This document shows, in pieces, positions 1 through 9,881 of a stretch of DNA of 64,000 nt. The stretch comes from a virus. The stretch lies in IMG/VR virus record IMGVR_UViG_3300002446_000060. The stretch is one strand, 5' to 3'. Every line of letters starts with the position of its first letter. Position 1 is the first letter of the stretch. Under the pieces are notes generated by a model. The model saw only the letters and a list, made by a program, of their open reading frames with translations, ran no database searches and had not been told where the DNA came from. Position numbers and translations under genes: made by a program.

Positions 1-764
1 TATTCTTCATTCATGTCTGATAAATTGGTAAGATGAATTTGTTGAATGCTATCATTATTATATTTTTTATTATTCGTTTCTTTTATCTTATTTTTGATAT
101 CAATTGATGAAGATGGAGCATTTCCGCCGTATTTCTCATTGCATGTTTTCTTGGTTTTTTCTTTAACAACATCAGATTGACACGCATATTTAACACCATA
201 TTTTTCTAAACATGTATCTCCTATTTTTGATTTTATCGATTCAACTTTAAAATTGTGATCAACCCCATATTTATCCAAACAAGTTTGTTTCATTTTTTCT
301 CGAATATTATCAATATACGCATTACGATCGCCATATTTTTCGAGTATAGTATCATGAATTTTTATTTGAATAATGGATGATTTTGCTGGATTGTCTACTC
401 CATAATGTTGTTGAGTTGTTATTTTCTTTTTGGTTTTTATTTCTGGACTATTGCACATACATTTTCTAGAGCAATATTGTTTATATCCAGCAACATAATT
501 TTTCAAATGTTTAATATTTCCGCAATAGCACAGTTTTTGAACTATAATATCATTCAATTCTTTATCAATGCAATATATCATTTCATTTATTTTATTAAAA
601 AATGATGGATATTTTGTATCAAATTCTTCAAATAATTTCTTATTAATTGGATTTGATATGATCTTCAATAGATTTTCATGTATTGGGTAAAAAATGATAA
701 TTCTTGAAGCAAAATTATCGTAAAACTCTTTTAATATTATTTGTGAATTTTCTTTATTAAACAT
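1..764 (-). CDS. Hef-like homing endonuclease paralog, N-terminal part (runs off window start; absent from ORF track)
   Basis: Manual translation from ATG 764: MFNKENSQIILKEFYDNF...LCYCGN...YKQYCSRKC...KQTCLDKYGVDH...DTCLEKYGVKY. Same Zn-knuckle and T(C)LEKYG repeats as 5943..8021 and 43922..45886. Confidence 0.8.
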   Translation of the reverse strand, partial: MFNKENSQIILKEFYDNFASRIIIFYPIHENLLKIISNPINKKLFEEFDTKYPSFFNKINEMIYCIDKELNDIIVQKLCYCGNIKHLKNYVAGYKQYCSRKCMCNSPEIKTKKKITTQQHYGVDNPAKSSIIQIKIHDTILEKYGDRNAYIDNIREKMKQTCLDKYGVDHNFKVESIKSKIGDTCLEKYGVKYACQSDVVKEKTKKTCNEKYGGNAPSSSIDIKNKIKETNNKKYNNDSIQQIHLTNLSDMNEE

Positions 765-770
765 ATTAAT

Positions 771-799
771 ATTATATACACGTTTATATTTTTTAAACA
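771..799 (-). promoter_or_regulatory. Putative sigma70-type promoter for the ORF starting at 764 (possibly leaderless)
   Basis: Minus strand TGTTTA-17 nt-TATAAT, then only 6 nt to the ATG. Confidence 0.4.
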
Positions 800-802
800 A
801 AA

Positions 803-832
803 AAAGAGGGTAAAAATAATTTTACCCTCTTT
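803..832 (-). terminator. Intrinsic terminator after tail tube gene
   Basis: 13-bp inverted repeat aaagagggtaaaa/ttttaccctcttt, 4-nt loop, followed by a U-run on the minus strand. Confidence 0.75.
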
Positions 833-847
833 ATAAGGAGAAAACCG

Positions 848-1342
848 TTATGCCACTCGTTCACGCCAATCATAACTAAACGTTATATTAATCTCCATTG
901 CTGTATCAACATTATCCCAAGATACTGGTGTATCAGGAATAACCTTTGGCCATGCGCCATTTAATTTATAAGTTGCAATAACTTCTCCACTCTGACTATA
1001 ATGAATAAGATTGCAATTTTTCTTATATTGACTATGATTATTAGCGCCAATGCCCGAATCATTTTCTTTAATAAGATTGTGCCACGCTTCAATTTCATTA
1101 AATCCAGCATAGTCTTCATCTAGGATTAAAGTTACTTCCCAATCTGCAAATGTTTTATCACCAGCAAATTTCGCTTCTACACCCTGATACTTTATAGGAA
1201 TTTCGCCTAATGTTGCTCCTGGAAGAGATGATGATTTAATCAAAAATCGTGCTTTATCGGGAAGTCCTGGAACTTCTACTTCAAATTTATTAGGTCTAGC
1301 GCCACCTAAAAAATTAGCTTTGAAATCTTCTATATTAAACAT
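848..1342 (-). CDS. gp19: Tail tube protein (T4 gp19-like)
   Basis: GGARPNKFEV, LPGATLG, AGDKTFADWEVT and GAWP motifs; directly downstream of the sheath gene. Confidence 0.9.
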   Translation of the reverse strand: MFNIEDFKANFLGGARPNKFEVEVPGLPDKARFLIKSSSLPGATLGEIPIKYQGVEAKFAGDKTFADWEVTLILDEDYAGFNEIEAWHNLIKENDSGIGANNHSQYKKNCNLIHYSQSGEVIATYKLNGAWPKVIPDTPVSWDNVDTAMEINITFSYDWRERVA

Positions 1343-1358
1343 AATTTATTCTCCTTGG

Positions 1359-3224
1359 TTACACGGTATAGGGTGAAGAAACTATTTCTTCAAAATTTAC
1401 CGTTGCTTGAGTTGCATTAAAATTCAGTCTAATCCATTCAGCGCTCTGAGCTGGTTTAACATAAAAATCAGCTAACATTGTTTGAGATGCAATTACATCA
1501 CCAGTATTATTTGTTTCATCGCAAATAATCATATATTCTTCAATGCCACCAAGACCTTGAACTATTCGGAATATTGGTTCAACATCTGCAACAAAACGTC
1601 TTCTTTCAGTTGCTGTGTTTTTCTGGAATTGATAATATCTAGAAATGTCAACTGCATTCTTTTGAAGTAATATGAATAGACCACGAATATCAACTCTTGA
1701 AAATAATGATGAAGAAGAAGTTTTAAGAGTTTTTTGTCCAAAAACAACATGTCCAACATTTTTCAATGTATAAATTGGATTAATTGCAACTGGATACATC
1801 TGATCGCGATAACCTTCAGATGGATTAATTGCTAATTTAACGCAATTTTTAATTAAACCACGATTAACACCAGCTGGAGCTTCCCATGCTTGGCCCGCTG
1901 CATAAATACCAGCAACATCACCAGTTATCGGAACCCAAGCATATTCATCATTATATCTATCATATTGATATTTATAGTTGCCATAAAATGCTGCAAATGA
2001 TGAATCTTTATTTAATGTTGTTGTAACATAAGTAATCATATTGGCAATAGCAGTTGCCATAACAATATTAACAACATCAGCTTTTTTTGGACCAAAAACA
2101 CCACGCGAATCTCTTCGTGTATCAAGAATTTCATCAATAATATGAGCTGCTACAGTTTCACCATCAGCAATATCAATACAACCAGATTCAAAAATTACAT
2201 CGATATCAATTTCTTCTTTATTTTCAAAAAGATCATAACCATCCATATAATCGCTTGCTTCTGGTGCAACGTGAACACCTTGCGCCAAACTTGTTGAGAC
2301 TACTGAATTGACTGTTGAGATAGTGCTATTATCATAAACATAAATATAATTTGAATATTTGTTTAAATATGTTTCAATGTAATAGTTTTCACCACGATAA
2401 TTCTTAGCACCCGGAACTAATGATACAATATGCTTTTCAACAATTCCGCCATTTAAAAGAACAGCAACAGCAACTTCAGTTGTAGTTGGTGCAAATTCAA
2501 AATTGGCTTTAAAAGTAGTTGTACCAACGATAAGTGCATTAGCAAAATTAGTTGAATTTGAAATTGCAACTGAAATGTTATTACCATAAACACCAGGATA
2601 TTTTGCTAATACTTTAAACTTAACATAATCATCATCAGCAACAACGATTTCATGATCAAGATTTTTCTTGAGCATTGTAAATGGGTAAGTTGTAATATCA
2701 TCAACAATAGTTGTAATTGATGCAGTTTTTGGAACTGATTCACCATCAGTTATATCTTCTTCTTCTTCAAAAATTCCTGAGGTAACATCCACTATTAAGC
2801 TGGTGATAAGACCTTCAACATCAACCTTAACAACAACGCCAGTGGCCAAACTTGTTACACCGCTAATAGCATCTCCAGCAACAAATTCGCCAACTACTGA
2901 TTCAAGAACAAAAGTTTTAAGAGCTTTTGAGAATAATGCAATACCAGCATTAGATGAACCAGCTTCTTTTATTGCTCTTACAAGATACAATTTATCATTA
3001 TAAGATAAGTAATTAGCTGCGCAAAACCAGTCTCCGCGATTAAGAGCACTCGGTGGATTAAAATTTTGAACCAACGTCTTTTCTTCATCTACAAAAAATC
3101 TTTCACCAACGGGACCCCAGTTAAAGTTGCCAACCATAGCGCCAAACCTATTTGCAGTTTGTCGGCTAGGCGATAAAAAATCTCTTTCATTTACATCTAT
3201 ACTCGGTGATAATCCAAAGCTCAT
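1359..3224 (-). CDS. gp18: Tail sheath protein (T4 gp18-like)
   Basis: LSPSIDVNERD, GNFNWGP, WEAPAGVNRG and FGQKTL...FSRVDIRGLF motifs. Confidence 0.95.
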   Translation of the reverse strand: MSFGLSPSIDVNERDFLSPSRQTANRFGAMVGNFNWGPVGERFFVDEEKTLVQNFNPPSALNRGDWFCAANYLSYNDKLYLVRAIKEAGSSNAGIALFSKALKTFVLESVVGEFVAGDAISGVTSLATGVVVKVDVEGLITSLIVDVTSGIFEEEEDITDGESVPKTASITTIVDDITTYPFTMLKKNLDHEIVVADDDYVKFKVLAKYPGVYGNNISVAISNSTNFANALIVGTTTFKANFEFAPTTTEVAVAVLLNGGIVEKHIVSLVPGAKNYRGENYYIETYLNKYSNYIYVYDNSTISTVNSVVSTSLAQGVHVAPEASDYMDGYDLFENKEEIDIDVIFESGCIDIADGETVAAHIIDEILDTRRDSRGVFGPKKADVVNIVMATAIANMITYVTTTLNKDSSFAAFYGNYKYQYDRYNDEYAWVPITGDVAGIYAAGQAWEAPAGVNRGLIKNCVKLAINPSEGYRDQMYPVAINPIYTLKNVGHVVFGQKTLKTSSSSLFSRVDIRGLFILLQKNAVDISRYYQFQKNTATERRRFVADVEPIFRIVQGLGGIEEYMIICDETNNTGDVIASQTMLADFYVKPAQSAEWIRLNFNATQATVNFEEIVSSPYTV

Positions 3225-3242
3225 ATAATAAACTCCTTCTTT

Positions 3243-4859
3243 TTAAAAATCATCATCATCATTTAAAATATTCAAATCTATATCTACAGATCCATTACAG
3301 ATAAATCCAATAGGTAAAAAATCAGCTTCTATCTTTTCTTGCATTCTACTTTTATTATTTACTAGATCAATTGAAATCCAATTTTCGAGATTAGCTTTCT
3401 TTGATATAAAATAAGAAAAAATAACTAATGGCGTTACCAAGTCGTCGTGATAACCGCTATCAGCTTCATAAGAATTTTTCTTCTTTACATATTTACTTAT
3501 TTCTGATATAGTTTCAAAATCTTGCAAAATGAAATTTTCATTTTCGATATTGCCTTTCAAATAACTATTTCCAATTAATTTAGTCTGTTTTGTCATTTTA
3601 ATTCCGAAATCATCTGTATCTGACTCAAAAAAGACGTTTTCATTTTCATCTTCATATACGAGTCGATTTAAAACTTCACGTCCATAAGTATTAGATTCAA
3701 CGATACACAACGCATCATTATAGTATTTTGCCATTTTATCTATAATAATGTCAAATTCATTTGTTTTAACTTCATTATCTCGATATGTTGCTACTTGTAA
3801 AAATTTATTATTTGTCATTATTTGAAAAACTTGGCATGTGCTATAATCATTACCAACACCTTCTGATACGTCAGAAATTATGATATATTGATTATGTTCT
3901 TCTGGCTGATTATAGATTAAAAACTTATCATCAAATCTCGATTCTAAGATTATTGATGGTTTTAAATTTTCTAAAGCTTCACCTTCGACAAGAGTTCCGC
4001 CCGAGCCAGTAAAATAGCATTCATATTCTTGACGCCATTTTCTTAATCCTTTTGCTCCGCCGCCCAGAGCTTGAATAGTTTTTACTCTGTATTTATCATC
4101 ACGTCCAGGAACTTCATTCCACTTGACTCTAAATGGAACATATTCACTTTGTTTATTTGAAGCTAATACCCAAAATTGATAAAAATGATTATAGCCTTTT
4201 GGTGTACTGGTTATTATAATTTGAGCAGATTTAACTGCTGATATAGAAGGATAAACTGCAGTATAAAATTCTTCCCATAATCCTTTATCGATTATGGCTG
4301 CTTCATCTAAATAAACTATGCTTGCTGTATCACCTCTGTTACCACTCGAAGAAGTTGATTCTGCATATATATTTGTATTATTTTCAAAGCTAATTTGCTT
4401 TTTATTCCATTCAGTTATACCCTGCTTTAACCAAAATGGCAGATGCATATACATTTCTTTAAGCTTTCTTAGTGTTTTCTTAGCCGTTCCTTCCTTGTTC
4501 GCTACAATAATGATATTTTTATAATCATGAAACAAACCGACCCAAAGAAGATATGCTATTGTGAAAATTGATTTACCACACTGTCTTGGGGCCATTACAA
4601 TTATTCGTTTTTCTTTTTTGTATAATTTGGCCATTTCCATTTGGTATGGATACAAATCAAACGGAATAATTCTACCCTTATCAGAATCAACAATTTTAAT
4701 ATACTTAACACAAAAATAAACGAAATCATCCATACATTTTATGAGCTCTTTTATTTGTTCATCAGAATATTCTATTTCAACATCTGGGGCGCGAAGCTTC
4801 GGATTTCCTTTGAAATAGTTCTTATCATCGATGTATGTTTTTTGTTTCGTTTTTTTCAT
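3243..4859 (-). CDS. gp17: Terminase large subunit (T4 gp17-like)
   Basis: YFKGNPKL N-terminus, Walker A APRQCGKS, Walker B YLDEAA, ITSTPKG, nuclease SDVSEGVGNDYS and HDDLV. Confidence 0.97.
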   Translation of the reverse strand: MKKTKQKTYIDDKNYFKGNPKLRAPDVEIEYSDEQIKELIKCMDDFVYFCVKYIKIVDSDKGRIIPFDLYPYQMEMAKLYKKEKRIIVMAPRQCGKSIFTIAYLLWVGLFHDYKNIIIVANKEGTAKKTLRKLKEMYMHLPFWLKQGITEWNKKQISFENNTNIYAESTSSSGNRGDTASIVYLDEAAIIDKGLWEEFYTAVYPSISAVKSAQIIITSTPKGYNHFYQFWVLASNKQSEYVPFRVKWNEVPGRDDKYRVKTIQALGGGAKGLRKWRQEYECYFTGSGGTLVEGEALENLKPSIILESRFDDKFLIYNQPEEHNQYIIISDVSEGVGNDYSTCQVFQIMTNNKFLQVATYRDNEVKTNEFDIIIDKMAKYYNDALCIVESNTYGREVLNRLVYEDENENVFFESDTDDFGIKMTKQTKLIGNSYLKGNIENENFILQDFETISEISKYVKKKNSYEADSGYHDDLVTPLVIFSYFISKKANLENWISIDLVNNKSRMQEKIEADFLPIGFICNGSVDIDLNILNDDDDF

Positions 4860-4867
4860 ATAAAAAT

Positions 4868-4897
4868 GTGGCGTATAACAACTAAGTTAAACGCCAC
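4868..4897 (-). terminator. Hairpin just upstream of the terminase start (terminator-like)
   Basis: gtggcgt/acgccac 7-bp GC-rich stem followed by ATTTTT on the minus strand, 8 nt before the gp17 ATG. Confidence 0.4.
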
Positions 4898-4922
4898 GAA
4901 TAGAGGTATTACTATATAGAAT

Positions 4923-5339
4923 TTAATTTAATATTTCAAATAAAAACTCTGATTTATTTTCTGCTGTCTCATAGTCTTTTTTGTCTATCTTTTTTTCATT
5001 CCATATATAAAACTTTTTACTTGATTTTACTTTTCCTTGAGCCAAATCACTTTCAAAAAGTTCTTCTAATGTGGCATCATTCTTAGGTTCCGTTACAATC
5101 TTTTCGCTTTCATCAATACTATTTACTAATTTTTCTGATTCAACTTCTTTAACAATTTCTATACTTTCATTCACAACTTCTTCTTCTTTAACTGGAACAC
5201 GTTTAAAATACTGTGGAAATTCATCTGCCATTTTTGTGGGCAATTCAACAATATCTCCAAAGATATGAAATCTTTCATTTCGTTTATAGTCAAAATTCCA
5301 ATCGACCATTTTCAAATTATAATATTTTGCTTTTCTCAT
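4923..5339 (-). CDS. Hypothetical protein between gp14 and gp17
   Basis: 138 aa ORF abutting gp14; acidic low-complexity middle; family not recognised. Confidence 0.6.
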   Translation of the reverse strand: MRKAKYYNLKMVDWNFDYKRNERFHIFGDIVELPTKMADEFPQYFKRVPVKEEEVVNESIEIVKEVESEKLVNSIDESEKIVTEPKNDATLEELFESDLAQGKVKSSKKFYIWNEKKIDKKDYETAENKSEFLFEILN

Positions 5340-5941
5340 TACTTATCTCCAAATATATTAGGTTGCGAGCTATTTAATATACCAGTTATTTCTGTATCGA
5401 TTTCATCATTTTCAGATTCAATATCAGAAGTATCAAGTTCATTAAGAGAATCAATTTCGTTAATATCAGTATCAAGTTCTTCGTGTGAATAATCATGCAT
5501 TCTGGTTTGAAAAGTATATTTAGTTGGCTTTCCCATGTGCATAAATGGATCATCTTTATCAGAATGGAATATTTCCATTAACCAATTTCCAGCTGGAACA
5601 TAGATTAAATCACCTTCTACTGGAACCAATGAATCAGTTATTGATTCAAATTCGTCAATGTTTATTTCGAATGTTGCTTGATCAGTTATGGTTAATCCAA
5701 AGTGACCAAACATATCTCCTTGGCCGCCAAATTCACTAAATGAAGTTAAATACATAATCATTGGATATGTATCATTAAATTTAGCCAAAACATCTTCACC
5801 TAAGATTAAATCAACTTTCTGCTCGATCTTGGGCAAATAGACAACTTCTATTCCACGCATATTTATTATTTCATTTTGCAATGAATTATACAGATTAAAA
5901 TCTGCTGTCCTAAAATTAAAATTATGAGGATATTGTGCCAT
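5339..5941 (-). CDS. gp14: Neck protein (T4 gp14-like)
   Basis: EIINMRGIEVVYLP, FGGQGDMFGHFGLTITDQATF and PVEGDLIY motifs. Confidence 0.92.
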   Translation of the reverse strand: MAQYPHNFNFRTADFNLYNSLQNEIINMRGIEVVYLPKIEQKVDLILGEDVLAKFNDTYPMIMYLTSFSEFGGQGDMFGHFGLTITDQATFEINIDEFESITDSLVPVEGDLIYVPAGNWLMEIFHSDKDDPFMHMGKPTKYTFQTRMHDYSHEELDTDINEIDSLNELDTSDIESENDEIDTEITGILNSSQPNIFGDK

Positions 5942-5942
5942 T

Positions 5943-8021
5943 TTATTTTATCCATTCGAATACATAATTTCCGCAATCATAAATTTTACGGTAATTATTA
6001 TTGTACATATTTTCTGTTTCAGTCAATTCCTTATTATATACTGATAAAATATTTTCCAATTTGTGTTTTTGAAATTTAATTCTAGATTGTAAATTTAGCT
6101 CGGGCAATTTAAAATAAAAATAGTTTGGCAACGTCTTATCAATTTCCGAAAATCCAATATGTCTATATAAATTGCCATCTGACCACCTTCTGTTAGCATA
6201 GCTAATAACAGATAATGGCTTATAATTATTTATAAAATATTTGAATAGTTTTGATGCTCCACCAACGATATTTAATCCTTGTTTAGAGCAAAACCTAATT
6301 AATTCATATTCATATTTTTTATTATATCTAGACTTACCAAACGTCATAAGCGAAACTAACTCATTATCATAATATAATCCGATTCTAGTTGATGACATAC
6401 AAGATCCTTGAAGATGGTTATTTTCAAGAAATTTATATGATGTATCATAATCAACTTCTTGGATTTTGCATTTTCTCGCATAGATTCTTTGATTCAACCC
6501 AAGTTTTGATTTAATAACAGATTTCCAAATGTCCGGCTTTTCTAACCACTCATTTTCAAAGATGTGCAATAATTGAATACCTTGTTTTTCGCATTGCTCA
6601 GTTTTATACAAATGATTAAATTTTTTACTAGATTCTAATTCATAATTATTTAAAACAGACCAAGCATTTTTTCCAAAAGAATGGTATGCCAAGCCATCAT
6701 ATTCGATAGCCATATTATGATCTTTAATTAAAATATCTAATTCCAAATTATTTAAAACTGAATAATCATTATTCATAGCATAAATATTTAAAGATAATAA
6801 CCAATCATATATTAAGTTTTGCGTTCGATTTCTTTCAGCTTTTTTTGCTTCTATGATGTTGAATAATTTTCGTGTAATGTGAGCGCGCGTAAGAGAGCAA
6901 TTAAAATAATTGCAAAAATCGTCAAATATAAAATACCCATCTTTAATAAAATGTTCTCGGATAAAATCCTCATTATAGTTTTCATAATTAGTAAAATTTA
7001 TTTGTGTGTGACTGTTAAAACCATATTTGATGAAATTATTATCTCTAATTGTTTGTTTGATTTGATCAGACAGCATCGGATTTTCAACACCATATTTCTC
7101 AATCATGCTCTCCTTTATTTTCTCTTGAATTTGTTCTGAAGTGAAAGAGCATGTTGAATTGTATTTTTGTAAAAAAGTATTCAAAACAGCTTGTTTTCTT
7201 TGATCTGTCTTAGAATAATGATCAACACCATATTTATCTAGCAACGTCTGTTTAATTTTATATTGAACTTCTTTATTTTGAAATGGTGATTCTACACCAT
7301 ATTTATCCATACTAGTTTTTTTAATTTTATCTTGATATTCTTTTGTTTTAGAATAATGATCGACGCCGTAACGTTCAAAAATTGTATTTTTTGCTTTTTC
7401 GCGATTAACATAGTTTTCATCACCATATTTCTCTAACTTTGTTTTCTTTATTTGAATTTGACCTTCTTCTGTCTTAGAATAATGATCAACGCCATATTTC
7501 TTTAAACATGTTTGTTTAGCTTTTTCGCGATTAACATAGTTTTCATCACCATATTTCTCTAACTTTGTTTGCTTTATTTTAGCAACATTGGTGTAATTTT
7601 CATCGCCATAATGTTCTAACTTTGTTTGCTTTATTTTAGCAACATTGGTGTAATTTTCATCACCATAACGTTTGTGTTTAGTTTGTTTCTTTTTTAGTTT
7701 TGTTTCAGGACTAGTTGCGGCGCACTTGGTTGAACAATAAGTTTGATATCCAGTCGTATAGTTTCTAAAAATTATTGGTTTACCGCACACACAAAACTTT
7801 TGTTTGAAAGTATTATCAATATCTTCAAATTTTAAAAGATAAAACATTTCCAACACTTTGGAAAAAAAGTTTGGATACTTTTCATTGAACCGTTTAAATA
7901 TTTCTCTATTGATCTTTTTTAAAGATAGAGAAATACACTCATTTTCGTTATACACTTTAAATCTTTCAAAATCTTGAAAATTTGAAAAATTTGTAAGAAA
8001 ATCGTGCAAAATATTTTTCAC
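5943..8021 (-). CDS. Hef-like homing endonuclease
   Basis: CVCG..YQTYCSTKC knuckle, KYG repeats, ELDILI..AIEYDGLAYHS nuclease-like motif, C-terminal IYARKC..HLQG..ELIRFC..SYANRRWS..IYDCGN domain; inserted between gp13 and gp14. Confidence 0.8.
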   Translation of the reverse strand: MKNILHDFLTNFSNFQDFERFKVYNENECISLSLKKINREIFKRFNEKYPNFFSKVLEMFYLLKFEDIDNTFKQKFCVCGKPIIFRNYTTGYQTYCSTKCAATSPETKLKKKQTKHKRYGDENYTNVAKIKQTKLEHYGDENYTNVAKIKQTKLEKYGDENYVNREKAKQTCLKKYGVDHYSKTEEGQIQIKKTKLEKYGDENYVNREKAKNTIFERYGVDHYSKTKEYQDKIKKTSMDKYGVESPFQNKEVQYKIKQTLLDKYGVDHYSKTDQRKQAVLNTFLQKYNSTCSFTSEQIQEKIKESMIEKYGVENPMLSDQIKQTIRDNNFIKYGFNSHTQINFTNYENYNEDFIREHFIKDGYFIFDDFCNYFNCSLTRAHITRKLFNIIEAKKAERNRTQNLIYDWLLSLNIYAMNNDYSVLNNLELDILIKDHNMAIEYDGLAYHSFGKNAWSVLNNYELESSKKFNHLYKTEQCEKQGIQLLHIFENEWLEKPDIWKSVIKSKLGLNQRIYARKCKIQEVDYDTSYKFLENNHLQGSCMSSTRIGLYYDNELVSLMTFGKSRYNKKYEYELIRFCSKQGLNIVGGASKLFKYFINNYKPLSVISYANRRWSDGNLYRHIGFSEIDKTLPNYFYFKLPELNLQSRIKFQKHKLENILSVYNKELTETENMYNNNYRKIYDCGNYVFEWIK
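7393..7672 (-). repeat. Intragenic tandem duplications in the Hef-like gene
   Basis: 57-nt period near-identical unit (YGDENYTNVAKIKQTKLE) at ~7561/7618; identical 52-nt segment at 7393 and 7519 (126-nt period). Confidence 0.85.
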
Positions 8022-8076
8022 ATCATCAAATCCATTTATATTAGAATAATATAATTATATATTGAAATTAAGAAAT

Positions 8077-8835
8077 TTAACCAATTAACATCGTCGGAAA
8101 TCCGCAAAATTCGTCCTCGAGCTGTTCCTCAAGTCTTTGAATTTCTTCATTTGCATCAGACATCAATCCGTCGTGGTTCAAATCGCCACCGCCAGGAAGT
8201 GGAACACCATTATATTTTTTCAAATTTGTTGCCCATTGACGTTTTGCTAAAGCTGAAGAGTAATTTTTCAACCATCTATTATTGAATATATCCTCATTTA
8301 TTCCAGGATTATCTTCATCGGTGTCCGGTGCTTCATATACTAATAAATAAAAACTACTAGTATTGGGAAACTGTTCTAATAATCTATTCATATCGCCTGG
8401 AATAGTGATTCTATGCATAGTATAGTTAAAATCAAATATAATGTTTTGATTTGAAACTGAATCTTCCCATTGTTTTATAGCCATTCGATATGTCATAATA
8501 GAAGAAACATCACTAAGTTTCCAAAGATAATCTTGATATGGCATTGGTGATACTGGAATTAATAAGTCTTCCATTCCAGACATGGCTGAAAAAATATTGT
8601 TACCGGGATATATGTTAATAACTGTTTTTATTGATGCTGGCAAAACATAACTACTTTGGCCTTGAATTAAATCTAATTTGTAAACATTCATGATCGTAGC
8701 ATCGTAATGTCGTTCAGTAAAACGATCTACAGCTTCATGAATAGCATCATCTAATTGCTCTGTTGTTATTTCTACATTATGAATAGGTGAACCCAATTTT
8801 CTAAGAATATAAGCTCTTAATTCTACAATTGTCAT
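8077..8835 (-). CDS. gp13: Neck protein (T4 gp13-like)
   Basis: LRAYILRKLGSPIHNVEITTEQLDDAI, RWLKNYSSALAKRQWATNLKKY and LPGGGDLN motifs. Confidence 0.93.
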   Translation of the reverse strand: MTIVELRAYILRKLGSPIHNVEITTEQLDDAIHEAVDRFTERHYDATIMNVYKLDLIQGQSSYVLPASIKTVINIYPGNNIFSAMSGMEDLLIPVSPMPYQDYLWKLSDVSSIMTYRMAIKQWEDSVSNQNIIFDFNYTMHRITIPGDMNRLLEQFPNTSSFYLLVYEAPDTDEDNPGINEDIFNNRWLKNYSSALAKRQWATNLKKYNGVPLPGGGDLNHDGLMSDANEEIQRLEEQLEDEFCGFPTMLIG

Positions 8836-9704
8836 ATTAGCGATCCTATTTGTTTTAGTGTTTGTTCACCGATAATTCCATCAGCAACTAATCCATGCGA
8901 AGCTTGAAATTTTAATATGTGCTGATAAGTATCTTTTAGATATATACCATCTTCAAAGATATGAAAATAATGCTGTATTTTCTTTATTTGATCAGATTCT
9001 GAACCATAAATAATTGTTGATTTCATAGTCTTATTTACAGTTCTTTCGAGCCACCAATAATTGACTAATAGATAGTTAAATTCATTTTCTGGTAATGAAT
9101 AAATATGATCATGAAATAGTTTCCAATGAGATGTATTATTTTTTCTTTTTTTGCATTCTGGATAACCTGCAATTACTTGACAACCAGCACTTGCATGTGT
9201 TTTTCCATCAACATTACACCATGCCGCATGAATATTATCATGAACATTAGCTATTTCAATTCTATCCTTAGAATCAAAACTAAGATTATCTGAACTTCTT
9301 CTAATTGGTTGTGCTTTTGTTTGTCTTAATGCTTGATGTGCTGTTTGCTCAGATGGATAATGTAATCCTCTTGCATATGATTTATAAAAACCACATTCTA
9401 GTTGATTAGAACCATTGCCATTGAGTTGTAATGCTTTGGTTAGGTATTTTATATGTGGAATAGTTGAACCTTGCAGAATCATCATCTTATCATCTTTAAA
9501 CACTATAAATGAACAAGCCATAGATTCATAGTCAATTCTCTTTGAATCTATTTCAATTTCATTTAACCACTCACCATAATTAGATGATACTGATGCTCGA
9601 ACACCAAGAATATGAACATCACGTTTAATATTCAAATTCTTTTTTAATTCTTTAATATGATTCAATGTTATTTTCATATATTCACCATTCCCAAGTTTTT
9701 CCAA
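8832..9704 (-). CDS. Putative endolysin: L,D-transpeptidase-like catalytic domain plus C-terminal peptidoglycan-binding domain (start probably MKITL...)
   Basis: NIHAAW...HASAGCQV resembles the YkuD H-x(n)-S-x-G-C motif; C-terminal DGIY..T..ILKFQASHGLVADGIIGEQT is PG_binding_1-like. Confidence 0.65.
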   Translation of the reverse strand: MEKLGNGEYMKITLNHIKELKKNLNIKRDVHILGVRASVSSNYGEWLNEIEIDSKRIDYESMACSFIVFKDDKMMILQGSTIPHIKYLTKALQLNGNGSNQLECGFYKSYARGLHYPSEQTAHQALRQTKAQPIRRSSDNLSFDSKDRIEIANVHDNIHAAWCNVDGKTHASAGCQVIAGYPECKKRKNNTSHWKLFHDHIYSLPENEFNYLLVNYWWLERTVNKTMKSTIIYGSESDQIKKIQHYFHIFEDGIYLKDTYQHILKFQASHGLVADGIIGEQTLKQIGSLI

Positions 9705-9873
9705 AACCTATAAATCCACCGTCTTTTTTATTAATAATAACTTGAAAATCTTTTTTCTTATTTTGATATGTTATTGAAATATGTGTTTCATTGCCGTATT
9801 GGATAGGTCTTAGTTGCAATCCGCTCTTACCTTTTTTAATTTGTTCAAGAGCGGATTGCAACTCTCTAACCAA
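9682..9873 (-). CDS. Small hypothetical protein in the lysis cassette
   Basis: 63 aa TTG-start ORF filling the gap between the putative holin and endolysin. Confidence 0.4.
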   Translation of the reverse strand: MVRELQSALEQIKKGKSGLQLRPIQYGNETHISITYQNKKKDFQVIINKKDGGFIGFGKTWEW

Positions 9874-9881
9874 TACGTTAC

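Noticed and set aside
405-605. Short antisense ORFs in the track (e.g. 405..605, 6879..7139, 16262..16540, 39329..39721, 40235..40720, 49905..50249)
   Set aside because: They lie opposite well-supported genes, lack SD or motifs, and have shadow-like composition.
4923-5339. Small terminase gp16
   Set aside because: Position next to gp17 fits, but no gp16-like helical motifs were recognised; left hypothetical.
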